Assembly: GCF_963921235.1 (NCBI RefSeq)
Contig: NC_086106.1
Location: forward strand, 18,848,001-18,912,000
Reading direction: 5' to 3'
Source of the DNA: Mobula hypostoma
Lineage: Eukaryota
DNA length: 64,000 nt
The notes beneath the pieces are model-generated. The model worked only from the letters and a program-made list of their open reading frames with translations, was not told the origin of the DNA and ran no database searches. Position numbers and translations under genes: made by a program. Shown here piece after piece: positions 1 to 12,860 of this stretch; within the stretch, counting starts at the first letter, position 1, and each line of letters begins with the position of its first letter.

Positions 1-965
1 AAGGATGAGGTTTTGAGGTATTTGGAGACTAATGATAACAGAAGTCAAAGTCAGCGTAGTTTCTGCAATGGGAAATCTTGCCTGACAAACCTGTTAGAGT
101 TCTTCGAGGAAGTAACAAGCAGGGTGGACAAAAGAGAGGCAGTGGATGTCATTTACTTGGATTTTCTGAAGGCATTTGTTTAGGTGCCACAATTGGGGCA
201 AAAAATCCTATGATGTAACAGGAAAGACGCTGGCACGGATAGGGGAATGGTTGACAGGCAGGAAGTAGCGAGCAGTAATAAAAGGGGCCTTCTCTGGTTG
301 GTTGCCAGTATTTGTGGTGTTCCTCAGGGGTCAGTATTGAGACCGCTACTTTCCACATTGTTTGTTTCTGATTTGGATTATGGAATTGATGGCTTTGTGG
401 CAAAGTTTGCAGAAGATGCGAAGATAGATGGAAGGGTAGGTAGTCCTGAGGAAGTAATGTGATTGCAGCAGGAGTTAAACAGATTGGAAGAATGGGCAAT
501 AAAGTGGCAGGTGGAATACACTGTTGGGAACTGTATGGGGAGAAGGTTCAAACAGCAGAGGTGCAGAGGGGACTTAGGAGTCCTCATGCAAGACTCTTGA
601 AAGCTTAATTTACAGGGTGAGTCTGTGGTAAAGAAGGCAAATGCAATGTTGGCATTTATTTCAAGGGGAATAGAATATAAAAGCAAGGAGATAATGCTGA
701 GGCTTTATAAGACACTAATCAGGCCGCACTTTGAATATGTCAACAAATTTTATCCTGAGAGTGGTGAATCTGTGGAATGCTCTGCCACAGACTGCAGTGG
801 AGGCCAAGTCCGTGGGTTTATTTAAGGCAGAAGTTGATAGTTTCCTGATCAGTCAGGGCATCTAAGGATATGGTGAGAAGGCAGGTGTATGGGGTTGAGT
901 GGATTCTGGGATCAGCCACGATGGAATGGCAGGGCAGCCTTGATGGGCTGAATGGCCTAATACTG
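1..965 (+). mobile_element. CR1-type LINE, degenerate RT and 3' end
   Basis: Translated fragments resemble GKSCLTNLLEFFEEVT..DVIYLDF.KAF, GVPQGSVL, KFAEDAKIDG and MLRLYKTLIRPHFEY; many stops and frameshifts. Confidence 0.9.
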
Positions 966-1029
966 CCCCTGTCTCATGGTCTTATGTCTGATGTGGACTT
1001 GCCAGAGAAAAGGTGTTCCCAATTAACGC

Positions 1030-2235
1030 TTCTTCGTTCCTGCCTAATGCCCTCATAAATTGCCCTGTGTCAATTTAAATCTCTTCCACAAGGACCATAC
1101 CTATCCTTGTCGATAGCTATCCTGGATGTTAACGAGTTGTGGTCACGATTCCCGAACTGTTCACCCACTGAAAGGTCAGTCACCTGGCCAGGCTCATTCC
1201 CCAACACCAGGTGCAGTATGGCCCCTCCTTTCATTGCACCCTGCACATATTGATTTAAGAAACCTACTTAACAAATTCAAACCCATCTGAACCCCTTACA
1301 CTAAAAAGGTTCCAGTTTATATTTGGGAATTTGAAATTCCCCATGACAACAACCCTATTATTTTTACACATTTCCTCAAACTGTTTACATATCTGTTCCT
1401 CAACGTCCTGGTGGCTATTAGGGGGTCTGTAGTACAATCCCAGCAGTGTAATTGCACCATTCCTATTCATGAGTCTGACCCCTCTATTACATATACTCAG
1501 AATGCAGCTGTGATATTGTTCCTGATTAGGAGTGCAACTGCCTCCCCCTTACCTCCCCTATCTTTTCTAAAACTTCAAAAACCTGGCACATTAATCACCC
1601 ATTCCTGCCCCTTTCTCAGCCAAGTTTCAATAATGTCTACAACATCGTAGTTCCATGTACTGATCCAAGCTCTGATTTCATCACCCTTACCCATAATAGT
1701 CCCAGCATTAAAATATACACACTTCAAACTATCTGACCCATCAAACCTGTTATTTCAGTTTTGCCTTTCAATACCTTCTCTGACATCTAACTTCTGATCA
1801 GATCCATCTCCTACTGATCTGGGGCTCTGGTTCTCAGCCCCCTACAAAACTAGTTTAAACTCTCCCAAGTAGCATCAGCAAACCTCGCAAACAGGATATT
1901 GGTTCCCCTGCAGTTCAGGTGCAACCCGTCTCATTCTACCTGTTTATTGAAATTCCTGATGACTATCTTAACATTGCGCTTTTGACGTGCATTTTCTATC
2001 TCCCATTGTAATTTGCAGACTACATTCTTGCTACTGTTCGGAGGTCTGTTATAACTCTCATCAAGGATTTTTACCTTTGCTGTTTCTTAGCTCTACCAAC
2101 AACAATTCTACACCTTCTAATGCTTTGTCACCTCTTTCTAATCACTTGATTTAATTTTTTACTAACACAGCCACACCACGCCTTCTGCCTACGTGCCTGT
2201 CCTTTCAATACAATGTGTATCCTTGGACATCAAGC
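1030..2235 (-). mobile_element. CR1-type LINE fragments (AP-endonuclease region)
   Basis: ORF 1264-1470 LLGLYYRPPNS...VVVMGNFKFPNINW is a CR1 APE motif. Confidence 0.75.
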
Positions 2236-2244
2236 TCCCAACTT

Positions 2245-2650
2245 CGATGTACTGTGGGATCATTCTAAGTGGCTGCATCACCATCTGGTATGGGGAGTGA
2301 GGGGCCTCCACAGTATCCAGGATATCTTCAAGGAGCAATGCTTCAAAAAGGCGGCATGCATCATTAAGGACCCCCATTACCCAGGTCAGGCCTTGCTCAC
2401 ACACTCAACTATTCAGGAACGACTTTTTCCCCCTCTGTCATCTGATTTCTGAATGGAAGTTGAACCCATGAACACTACCTCATGATTGTTTTACTTCTAC
2501 TTTGCACAACTTATTTAATGGTAACTATTTAATAAATATGTGTATACACACTATTCTCAGGTTTTTTTCTCTATTATTATGTATCGCATTGTACTGCTTC
2601 CACAGAGACAACAGAGTTCATGACATATGCCGGTGATATTAAGCTTGATT
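2245..2650 (+). mobile_element. Rex1/Babar-type LINE 3' fragment
   Basis: CFKKAACIIKDPHYPGQAL motif, typical of the Rex/Babar RT C-terminus. Confidence 0.65.
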
Positions 2651-2664
2651 CTGATAGATCAGGA

Positions 2665-3480
2665 TAATATGCTGGAATGCCGGCTGGTTGAAAAGGCTGA
2701 CTGGAGAAAGTTTGAAGAAATAAGTGATTAGGAATGACAAATATTGAAATCAATCAGGATGTGGATCTTTTATGTGACAAGATTGTAGAAGGGATAATGA
2801 TAGCGGCAACAATAAGTATGCCAAGGAAATGGAATAGAGCTAAAAAGAAAATGGTACCATGGTGGAGAAAAGACCATGCGGATTGTAATAGAGCATTCAG
2901 AATGGAAAAGAGGACACGCAATTTTCCAAAACTAATTAAGTGTAAAAATATGCAAGCAATAGTAAAAAAAGCAATTTGAAAGGAGAAACAGGAATATTGG
3001 AGTAAGCTGATAGGAAATCCTTGAAAGCAATATGTATCGGATTAATAAGATCAATACTGGACTATGGAAGTATGGTATATGGATCAGCAGCACTCTGTGC
3101 GCTCAATAAACTGGATATAATTCAAAGTCAAGCATTAAGGTTAATCAGTGGGGCAAAAGGACAACACCAGTGGTGGCAATGCAGGTGGAGTTGGGAGAGA
3201 CAGCTCTGCAACTGAGAAGATCACAGCTTGTGTTAACATATTGGGTAAAGGACCTGGAGAACATCATCCAAGTGAACAGCTTTTAGATCCATGCTGGGGA
3301 AAAGCGGGGAAAGAAATTCAGAAGTTTTGCATGGACTATTGGAGGGAAAGCAGAAAGGACAGGAATTAGTAATAAGGCAGCGAGTGATACAGTACCTTTT
3401 CCTGGGCTGTCTCCATGACTGTGTGAAGCACCAGAGGTGGATCATAAAGTATTCAAAAAGAGACAGGAAAATAAAGAAGT
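2665..3480 (+). mobile_element. I/Nimb-group non-LTR retrotransposon fragment, internally deleted
   Basis: VPWW motif and LIRSILDYGSMVYGSA..LNKLDIIQSQALRLISGA. Confidence 0.6.
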
Positions 3481-4404
3481 GAGCTTAAATCACGATATTG
3501 TTGAATGTTAAGTAAATAATAATTATTATGGATATTTACAAAAAGGATCACAGGATTATTGCTTTAAATATATAGTGCAGTTCCTTAAGAACTCAGATCC
3601 TTTTTTTCATATTTGATACAAATATAAATATGGGATCAAGATATGTTGACCCACACTCCAGTTCAGAAGGTGGTGGTAATGCATCTTAAAGCTATTTGAT
3701 GACTGCCATGAAACCTTAGAAACCTATCAACTATGGAAAGGCCCAGATGGAGTTCATGTGGAGAGGATGTTTGCGAGAGTGTAGGGATGTAAACATACAC
3801 AGGCCCTTTCCATCCTGCTGAAGGATCTCAGCCCTAAACATCGACTGTACTCTTTTCCATTGATGTTTCCTGGCCTGCTGAGACCCTCCAACACTTTGTG
3901 TGTGTTCCCACCATAGGCTGTTTGCTGAAGGAAGACAGAGAAGGAAAACATCAGAGTAAAAGTCAGTCAGACACAGTAAAACAGACCTTCCATGTACCTG
4001 TTCTATCCCTGCCGTCATTGTTTAAAGGGCCTGCCGGTCCTCCCACCTGTCTTTCATCTGGTTAGAGAACCATACAGATGGCCTGTCTCAATTGGTTGGA
4101 GGTCTGCATGTTCCCACCCTCCCTTTATATCTCCATTGGTTTGTGCATAGGGACGCCATATGTATTGCCCTACCATTGGTCAAGATTTTTTTAGTCATGG
4201 TGGGGGTTGAAGAGCATGAAAATCTTTCAGAAAGGTCCACTTGGTTCAAAAGATTAAAGTTGATGTTTCAGCAAAGCTGAAAAATTGTCAAGGGAAATAT
4301 TTTTAAGATTAAACACAGAAAACCAAGCAACACACACACAATGCTAGAGGAACTCAGCAGGCCAGGTAGCATCTATGGAAAAGAATACAATTGACATTTC
4401 AGGC

Positions 4405-6181
4405 CGAGTTGAAGTGAGGCCTCAACAGTGCTTTATAAAGTCTCAACATTACATCCTTGCTTTAGTATTCCAGTCCTCTGGAAATGAATGCTAACATCGC
4501 ATGTGTCTTCCTCACCACAGGCTCAACCTGCAAATTAACCAACACAAGGTCTTCCAAATCCCTTTCTGCCTCAGAGTTTTGTATTTTCTCTCCATTTAGA
4601 AAATAGTTAACTCTTTCATTTCTTCTACCAAATGGTATGACAATACACTTCCAAACATTGTGTACCATCTACCACTTCTTTGCCCATTCTCCAAATCTGT
4701 CTGAACCTTTCTGTAGCATCTCTATTTCCTCAAAATTACCTGCCCATCCACTTATTTTTGTATCTTCTGCAAAGTTTGCAAAAACACCATCAATTCCAAC
4801 ATCCAGATCATTGGCAAATAACGTAAAAAGAATTCGTCCCATCACAGACCCACATGGAACACCACTAGTCACCAGCTCACTTTATTTCCTCTCTTTGCCA
4901 CCTGCCAATCGGTCATTGTTTTATACATACTAGGATCTTTCCTGTAATACCATGGCTCATAGAATGTTAGGCAACCTCATGTGTGGCACCTTGTCAAACG
5001 CCTTCTGAAAATCCAAGTACACAACATCAACTGATTCTCCTTTGTCTATCCTGCTTGTTATTTCTTCAAAGAATTCCAATGGATTTGTCAGGAAAGATTT
5101 TCCCTTGAGGAAACCATGTTAACTTCTGCCCATTTTATCATGTGCCTCCAAGTACAGTACCCCGAAACTACATCCTTATAAATTAAGTCCAACATCTTCC
5201 CAACCACTGAGGTCAGACTAACTGGCCTATAATTTCCTTTCTTCTGCCTCTTTCCTTTCTTGAAGAGTGGAATGACATTTGCAATTTTCCAGTCTTCCGG
5301 AACCATTCTGGAATCTATTGATTTTATAAAGATCATTAGTAATACCTCCACAATCTCTTCAGCCACCTCTTTCTGAATGTTGTGGCATACACCGTTTGGT
5401 CGAGGTGACTTATCTACTTTCAGTCTCTCAAGAATCTTCTCTGTAGTAATGGTAGCTTCACACATTTCATGACCTCTGACACCTGGAACTTCTACCAAAT
5501 TGCTAGTGTCTTCCTCAGTGAAGACTGATGAAAAATATTTATTCAGTTCATCTGCCATTTCCTTGTCCCCATTATTACCTTTCCAGCATCATTGTCCAGT
5601 GGTCCGATATCCACACTCTCCTCTGTTTTACACCTCATGTTTCAGAAGACACTTTTGATGTCCTATTTAATATTATTGGCAAGCTTACTTTCATATTCCA
5701 TCTTAACCTTCTTACTGACTTTTTTAGTTGCCTCGTTGGTTTTTAAAAGCTTCCCAATCCCAGTTTCAGGTGAATTTGATCATATTGTGATCACTTACCT
5801 TGAAGGATTCTTTTACCTTAAGCTCTCCAATCAATTCCAGTTCATTGTACAACACCCAATCGAGAACAGTCAATCTGCCTGCAAGGATATTGGACCCCTT
5901 CTGGTTACCTGTCCCTTTTGTGCATGTCATACCTTCTCCAGAAGAGATCCCAAAGATCCATATATCTGAACCTCTGCCCCCTGCTCCAGTTCCTCAGCCA
6001 AGTATTCACCTGCCAAGTCATCTTATTCTTACCCTTACTGGCACGTGGCACAGGCAGCGATCTGGAGTTTACTTCCCTGGAGGTCCTGTTTCTCAGCTTT
6101 CTCCCTTGAAACCTAAAATCTTTCCTTCAGGACCTCCTCACCTTGATAACCTATGTCACTGGTGCCAGTATGTACCAAGAC
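4405..6181 (-). mobile_element. CR1 LINE, 3' part (ORF2 remnants), interrupted by the Gypsy element
   Basis: VPEDWKIANVIPLFKKG..QKKGNYRPVSLTSVVGKML, GVPCGSVMG, FAEDTKI. Confidence 0.9.
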
Positions 6182-6442
6182 TGTTAGAAGATTCCTTGAT
6201 GAGGATGGTTTGGACCCAATTGCTGGGCTATCCAAAGCAAAGTTTGAGACACAGTATCAAATCAGATCTGAGCACAAAACCAACACTAGATGATATCAAG
6301 AGTAGTTGATGATTGAGCACCGAACTTCTGTTCAGCTGTTCCTTAAGTACTCAATTCTTGGTGCCCAAAACTTGATTACCAATTTGCGGGACTATCCTGA
6401 ACTCTTAAAGGGTCTATCTGTACTCTGTCTTGTAACGGGACA
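6182..6442 (-). repeat. 3' LTR of the Gypsy element
   Basis: TG...CA ends; abutting purine tract GGAGGGG on the minus strand (6443-6449); similar to 11238-11480. Confidence 0.75.
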
Positions 6443-9002
6443 CCCCTCCGCAATGGCTGTCTGCTGATGGCCATGGCTGCTCGGAGAGGCATGATGATAG
6501 TCATGGATGAGGGCCGAATCTAAGATGTCTCTATCAGGCACCCAGCACCTATCCTCAGGTCTGAATCCTTCCCAGTCCACAAGGTATTTCCGAAGACCCC
6601 AAACAGTATACGAATCCAAAAGTCTACTCACTGTGAAGACCTGTTCCCCCTCAATAAACCTGGGTGGCAGTGGGGCTGATGATGCTGGGGATAAGGGGGT
6701 TGATGCAGACAGGGTTTAATTTAGAGATGTGGAAGGTGGGATTGATCTTTCGGGTCTTGGAGAGCTGCAAGGTATAAGCCACCGGGTTTACTTTCCTCAG
6801 GAATTTGAAGGGTCCAACGAACTTGGGCACCAACTTTCTAGATTCCACCTGGAGATGCAAATCATGAGTGGACAGTCAGACCTGTTCTCCAGGCTGTAAA
6901 GCGGGTCCCTGTCTTCTCCTTCGGTTCAACTTGGTCTCCACCCTCTGGGTAAAGACCAGCAAAATTTCTCTTTCCCTAATCCATCTCTCCTTTCAGTCTT
7001 GGATGAAATATTCATCTGCAGGGATCTCAACCCCGTCTTCCTGTTCTGGAAAGACAGGTAGAGGATAAAGAAACTGGCACTTGAACGGTGACATTCCATG
7101 CACTGAATGCTGTAAGGTGTTGTGGGCAAACTCTGCCCATGTCAAATGGTCACACCTCTCATCAGGTCTTTCAGAGGCCAGGCATCTTAGGGTATGTTCT
7201 AAATCTTTGTTGGTCCTCTCCGTCTGACCATTGGATTGTGGGTGAAACCCAGAGGAAAGGCTTGCTCTTGCCCCTCTCTGTTTACAGAATGCCTTCCAGA
7301 AATATGATGTGAATTGTGAACCACGATCCGAGACAGTGTCCACCAGGAATCTGGATCCGGAATACCTGGTCCAGGACAATTTCAGCCGTCTCCACTTCAG
7401 ATGGTAGCTTCTCCAATGCAATGAACTTGCAGGCTTTTGTAAACCGATTGATAATTACCATGGTGACCGACTTCCCTTTAGATGGCGGGAGACCCGTGAC
7501 AAAGTCCATGTAGATGTGCGTTCAAAGTCTTCCAGGACAGGGAGTGGATGGAGGGGCCCTTGAGATCAGATTCGGGGCTCCTTGTTCTGGTTGCACAGCC
7601 CATATGCCTGCAGGTACTGCCAAACCTCTTCCGTCATTCTAGCCACTAATACCTCCTCTTGATAAACTTGAGGGTCCTACCAATCCTTGGGTGTGTGGTC
7701 ATTCTTGACGAATGTCCCTATTGGAGTACCTGGGACTGGACGGAACTTGGGACAAAGAGCTGACCCGGAGGGCCATTCTTCGAAATCCCCCCTTGTGCTT
7801 GGGCCTTGTGGACAAGAGTGTCGATTCCCCAGCAAATTGACGCAACCACCCTGACTTGGGGCAAAATGGTGCTCGGCTGCTCCTCTCGTTCTGTTTCATC
7901 AAACTTGCGGGACAGGGCATCTGGCTTCTGGTTCTTTTACCCCAGTCGAAAGGTCAGGATGAATTCAAAATGGTTAAAGAACAAAGACCATCTGGCCTGC
8001 CTGGAATTCAGCCTCTTGACCTCCTGAATATAAGCCATGTTCTGGTGGTCAGTCCAAACAATAGAAGAGTTCCTAGCCCCCTCAAGCCAGTGACACCATT
8101 TCTCCAAAGTTAACAACTGCAGGGAGCTCTTGATTCCTTTTGCCATAGTTCCCCTCTGCCAGGGATAGCTTCCTGTGGAAGAATGCACATGGGTGCAGTT
8201 TACCGTCTGAAGGCGATCGTTGAGACAGGACAGTATCCACTCCGATGGCTGAGGCGTCACTTCCATGAAGAAGGGGAGTTCTGTGTTAGGAGAAATCAAG
8301 ATGAGAGCTGCTGTGAAGCTCTGTTAGGGCCAACAAGAGCAGCCTCTGCTTCAGCAGTCCAGGCAAAAGGGCCCGTAAAATTCTTAGTCAGTGACATCAG
8401 CGGAGCTGCCACAGAGCGAAGTTCCTGTTGAACTTCTGGTTAAAGTTTGCAGGTCCGAGGAATCGCTGGACTCCTTTAATGCTAGATGTTGGTGGCCAAT
8501 CTCTGACTACACGGGTCTTGGTAGGTCTATCTTGAGATTGCTGTTGGAGATGATGAATGCAAAAAATGAAACAGCCGTAATGTGAAACTTGGACCTCCAA
8601 CTTGAAATAAATCCATTCTCGAAAAGCCTTTTTAAAATGTCTCTGATGTGAATGGCATTTTCCACCATGGGCTTTGAGAAGATTGGGATATCATCCATGT
8701 AGATGAAGGACTACTTATGGAGAGTATCTCAGAGCATGTTGTTTATAAAGGCCTGGAAAATGGCTGGAGCCTTCACAAGGCTGAAAGGCAAAACCAGGTA
8801 CTGGTAGTGCCCCGTCAGTGTATTGAATGCAGTCTTCCACTCATCACCTTCCCTTATATAGACCAGATTGTCTGCACACCGTCATTCCAGATTTGTGAAT
8901 ACGCTCACTCTTGGAGCATCTCGGCCGTATTTGTGAGTGGTAGGGGGTTGCAATTTTTGGCCCTCATGTGATTTAATCCCCTATAATCAATGCATGGCCG
9001 TA

Positions 9003-9235
9003 GGCTCTCATCCATCCCTCCCCCTCCTGTCTTCTCCTGTCATTTTGGATCTCCCCCTCCCCCTCCCACTTTCAAATCTCTTACTATCTCTTCCTTCAGT
9101 TAGTCCTGATGAAGGGTCTCAGCCTGAAGCGTCGACTGTACCTCTTCCTAGAGATGCTGCCTGGCCTGCTGCATTCACCAGCAACTTTGATGTGTGTTGC
9201 TTGAATTTCCAGCATCTGCAGAATTCCTGTTGACC
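9003..9235 (+). mobile_element. Penelope-like element terminal repeat (degenerate hammerhead) nested in the Gypsy RT
   Basis: AGTC-CTGATGA-AGGGTCTCAGCCT-GAAG-CGTC-GACT at 9102-9137; same repeat as 33200-33479. Confidence 0.75.
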
Positions 9236-11237
9236 TCATCCTTCTGTTGTACAAAGAAGAAGCCTGAACAACAGGGGAGTTGGAGGGTTGAGTGAAGCCC
9301 GTGGCAAAAGCCTCCTTAATATACTCTTTCATTACGCTACTCTCTGGGCCTTAAACCATGTACAGTCAAACTTGTAGGGGAAAAGTACCGGGCTGCAGGT
9401 CTACAGACAGTTGTATGGTCGGTGCGGTGGTAGAGTCAAGGCCTTTTCCTTGCTGAAGAAGTCCTTCAAGTCCTTGTAGATGGAAGGGAATTTGACCAGT
9501 TTGGGTGTTGCTATCTCCGTCTGACCTTCTTTCAGGGATGACCCCTGAGGTTTTTTAGGCAGCAGGAGGGATTCAGCCAACCTCAGAGTCCGCTCTCTAG
9601 GCTTACAAAGCTCATTCATGGAAATGGGCCAATTCAGAGTTCAAATCCCTGTCTGAACCCTCAGGCGATGCAGCAAGGTATTACAGAGGGTTCTTTGTCT
9701 CCTGAAAATAGGCTTGAAGGTTCAGTGTGAGGGAGTGTTTTCCCTTCCTTGATAACTGGTGGCTGGATTCCTTAAGCTTGTCTGTAAGTTCCCCAGACTG
9801 TTCAGGCATCTCCTTGGTCCTCTCCTGAACTAGAGATTCCTTCTCTCTAGTTCCTGTGGGATCCTGACTAGATCGTGTCCCATTGGCTGGAACCGGCTTG
9901 TCCGTCCCTGAGGGCAGGAATAGTTCTCCAGACGATCTCAGGTTACCTCACACTGAAAGCTGCCCACTCTTTCAATGACTGGACCAAGCAATGATTCCCC
10001 ACATCCTCAGTCTATGGATGGGTTATGCTGGGACAGCCAAAGGTACCCGAAGATCAGGGGTATGAGTGGAGAGTCAATAATGTAGAAACTAATGTCGTCC
10101 ACATGATCCCCGATCCTCATCTGCAAATCCACAGTCTGTTGCTGGATCTGTCCGGAACCTAGTGGATGAACATTCAAGACATTTGTGAGCATGGGTTGCC
10201 CCAGAGTTCACAGAAGCCCTCACCTGCCTTAAGTTCTTACCCCAGGTAAACTCTGCCTTCAGCACAAACCCAGAATCAGTGGGATTGGGAATAGTGGCTG
10301 CTACCATCACGGTCCTCTCGATACTGGCTGGTCTTAGCAGTCCTAACGATTGCAGCCTGGGTCTGTCAGCTCACCGGTGACATAATCCCCTACAGTCAAA
10401 GCAGCGACCTTGATTCCTACCTCAAGAGAGTCTAGTGCAACTGACCTGCATGGGTTTGACTGGATCTTGAGCAGGTGATGGGCTGGTTATGGTTCGAGAT
10501 TGTGGAGAGGAACTGTGATACATAGGGACCGGGCTTGGATTGGCTCTCTTTGATCTCCTGAAGTGGTCCTACTTTTGCTATGCCAGATGATTATCAAGAC
10601 GGATGGACTGGTCAGTCAGAACCTCAAAGTTTTCTGCTGTCTCAGCCACAGCGAGGGCATTCTTCAGTTCATCTCAAAGTCCAAGGTGGTATAGCAGGGC
10701 TAAGGCCTCCCCATTCCAACCACTCTCTTGGGGCAAGGTCCAAATTTCGATCGTGTAGTCAGCCACGGACCATCTCCCTTGCTGAACCTTCATTAGGCGA
10801 CCTGAGGGTCGGCTGGCTTTGGCAGGTTGATGGAACACCTTCCTCATGGGGACCATGAACTCCTACGAATCCAAGCAGATCTCTGACCTATGTTCCCAGT
10901 GCGCAGTAGCCATACCAGGGCTCTTCCAGGTAGGAGAGAGATAACGAAGGCCACTTTTCCACACTCTGAAGGGAACCGGGATGGCTGTAATTCAAACACT
11001 AATGAGTATTGGGTGAGGACACCGTGGCAAGAATCCGGGTCACTGTCGAACCTCTCCGAGGCTGGAAGATCTGCTGGCTCCCCTGAGCGACCTTGGCTTG
11101 CTTCTTGTGAAAGTTGATGAACAGGTACCTAGAGGTCGTGAATCTCCAGGCCTCATCTGGAAAACCTTTCACTGTGGCTGGCCACAGCAGACAAAAAATT
11201 CTGATATCCTGCTGGGTCCATGTTGGCTCAATCGTAC

Positions 11238-11549
11238 TGTGACGACAATCCTTGATAAGGATGGCTTGGACCCAATTGTTGGGGTAAATGAGGCAAGTTT
11301 CTAAACATGGTATCAAACTTGATCTGAGCACAAACAAACGCTAGATGATATCACTAGTAGGTTTATCATTGAACACCAAACTTCTGTTCAGCTGTTCCTT
11401 AAATACTCAATTCTTGGTGCCCAAAACATGATTACCAATCAGTGGAACCATCCTGAACCTTTAAAGGGTCTGCACCAGCTATCCGTACTCCCGGAAAGTT
11501 CGAGTATCTAAAACCCGGAAGCTGGTGCAGTTGGGTGTGTCTCATAACA
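11238..11549 (-). repeat. 5' LTR of the Gypsy element
   Basis: TGTGAC...TAACA; followed on the minus strand by GTACGATTGAGCCAAC and ATGGACCCAGCA (MDPA, gag start). Confidence 0.75.
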
Positions 11550-12150
11550 AAGATTTCTGGCTGCTCACCCTCACTATTGAGAATTCCATGGACGCAATCT
11601 GTGACATCCCTGTTCCTGGCAGCAGGGATGCAACATACCATCTGTGTGTCTCTATCGAGCCCACAGAACCTCGTCCCTGTTCCTCTGACTAAGGAACCTC
11701 CTATCATCACTGCATTCCTCTTCACCTCTCTCCTCTTCTGAGTCACGTCACCAGACTTAGTGCCAGAGACCCGGTCACTCTGGCTCCCCTTCAATAGTAT
11801 CTAAAGTTAAATACTTATTATTAAGGGGAACAGCCACAAGTGTTCTCTGCACTGGCTGTGCATTTCCCCTCCTTCTCCTGACAGTCACTCAGTTACCTGC
11901 AACTGTAGGGTAACTACCTACCTGTAGCTGCTGTCTATTACCTCCTCATTCTCCCGTATGAGTTAAGGGTCATCGAGCTGCAGCTCCAGTTCCTTAATAC
12001 ATTCTCTCAGTTGCTGCAACTCGGTGCACCTGGAGCAGATGTGTTCACCTGGGAGAATGGAGTCTCCCAGACTTCCCACATCCCACACAGAGTGCAAAAC
12101 ACTGCCCCTGGAGCCATTCCTACTAAACTACTATGCCCTAATAGATGAGG
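11550..12150 (-). mobile_element. CR1 ORF1 remnant (SGNH esterase domain plus N-terminal Cys motif)
   Basis: AVMIGGSLVRGTGTRFCG.DRDTQMVCCIPAAR..DVTDCVHGILNSEGEQPE; continues the CR1 at 4405-6181 across the Gypsy insertion. Confidence 0.8.
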
Positions 12151-12304
12151 AATAAACAAATGAGAACAGAAAAAGAGAAATGTTATGGTCTTATGGAAGG
12201 TAGATCAGGGACTAAACAAAGGAAATTCATGAGACATTATCTCCCACACACAGAGCCTTGCTCACTAATCCTAATCTATTTAATACTCAGAACTCCTCCA
12301 TTAA

Positions 12305-12860
12305 GACCATAAGAGATTGGAGCATAATTAAGCCATTTGGCCTATTAAGTTTGCTCTGCCATTTCATCATGGCTAATCCATTTTCTTTCTTTGCCCCAAT
12401 CTCCTGCCTTCTCCCCGTATCTCTTCATGCCCTGACTAATCAAGGATCTATCAACCTCTGCCTTGAATATATCTAAAGACTTGGTCTACGGCCACCTGGT
12501 GCAACAAATTCTGCAGATTCACCACTCTCTGCCAAAAGAAATTTGACCTCATCTCCATTCTGAAAGGACACCCTCTATTCTGAGGCTGTGTCCTCTGGTC
12601 TTAGATTCTCTCACCACAGGAAACACCCTCTCCACATCCACTCTATTGAGGCCTTTCAATATTCCAGTGGTTTCAATGGGGTCTCCCCTCATTCTTCTGA
12701 ATTCTGGTGAGCACAGTCACAAAGGCATCAAACGCTCTTCATATGACAAGCCTTTAAGTCCCAGAATCATTTTTTGCAAATCTCCTTTGAACCCTCTCCA
12801 AGGTTAGCACATTCCTTCTGAGATAAGAGGCCCAAAACTGCTCATAGTACTCCAAGTGAG
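12305..12860 (-). mobile_element. CR1 3' end fragment
   Basis: Same 3' sequence as the other CR1 copies (15165-15700, 62880-63485). Confidence 0.7.

Larger units (their letters stand above)
6182..11549 (-). mobile_element. Ty3/Gypsy chromodomain LTR retrotransposon (sushi/Tf1-like), degenerate but structurally complete
   Basis: gag ~10650-11220 (QQGRWSVADYTIE..ESGWN); protease ~10000-10300; RT ~8400-9620 (PYNC, MDDIPIFS); RNase H (IVWTDHQN, RLNSRQARWSLFF); integrase (MDFVTGLPPSKG, SDRGSQFTS, GFHPQSNGQTER); chromodomain 6392-6631 (YLVDWEGFRPEDRCWVP); LTRs 6182-6442 and 11238-11549; near-TSD AAGAC/AAGAT. Confidence 0.92.
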
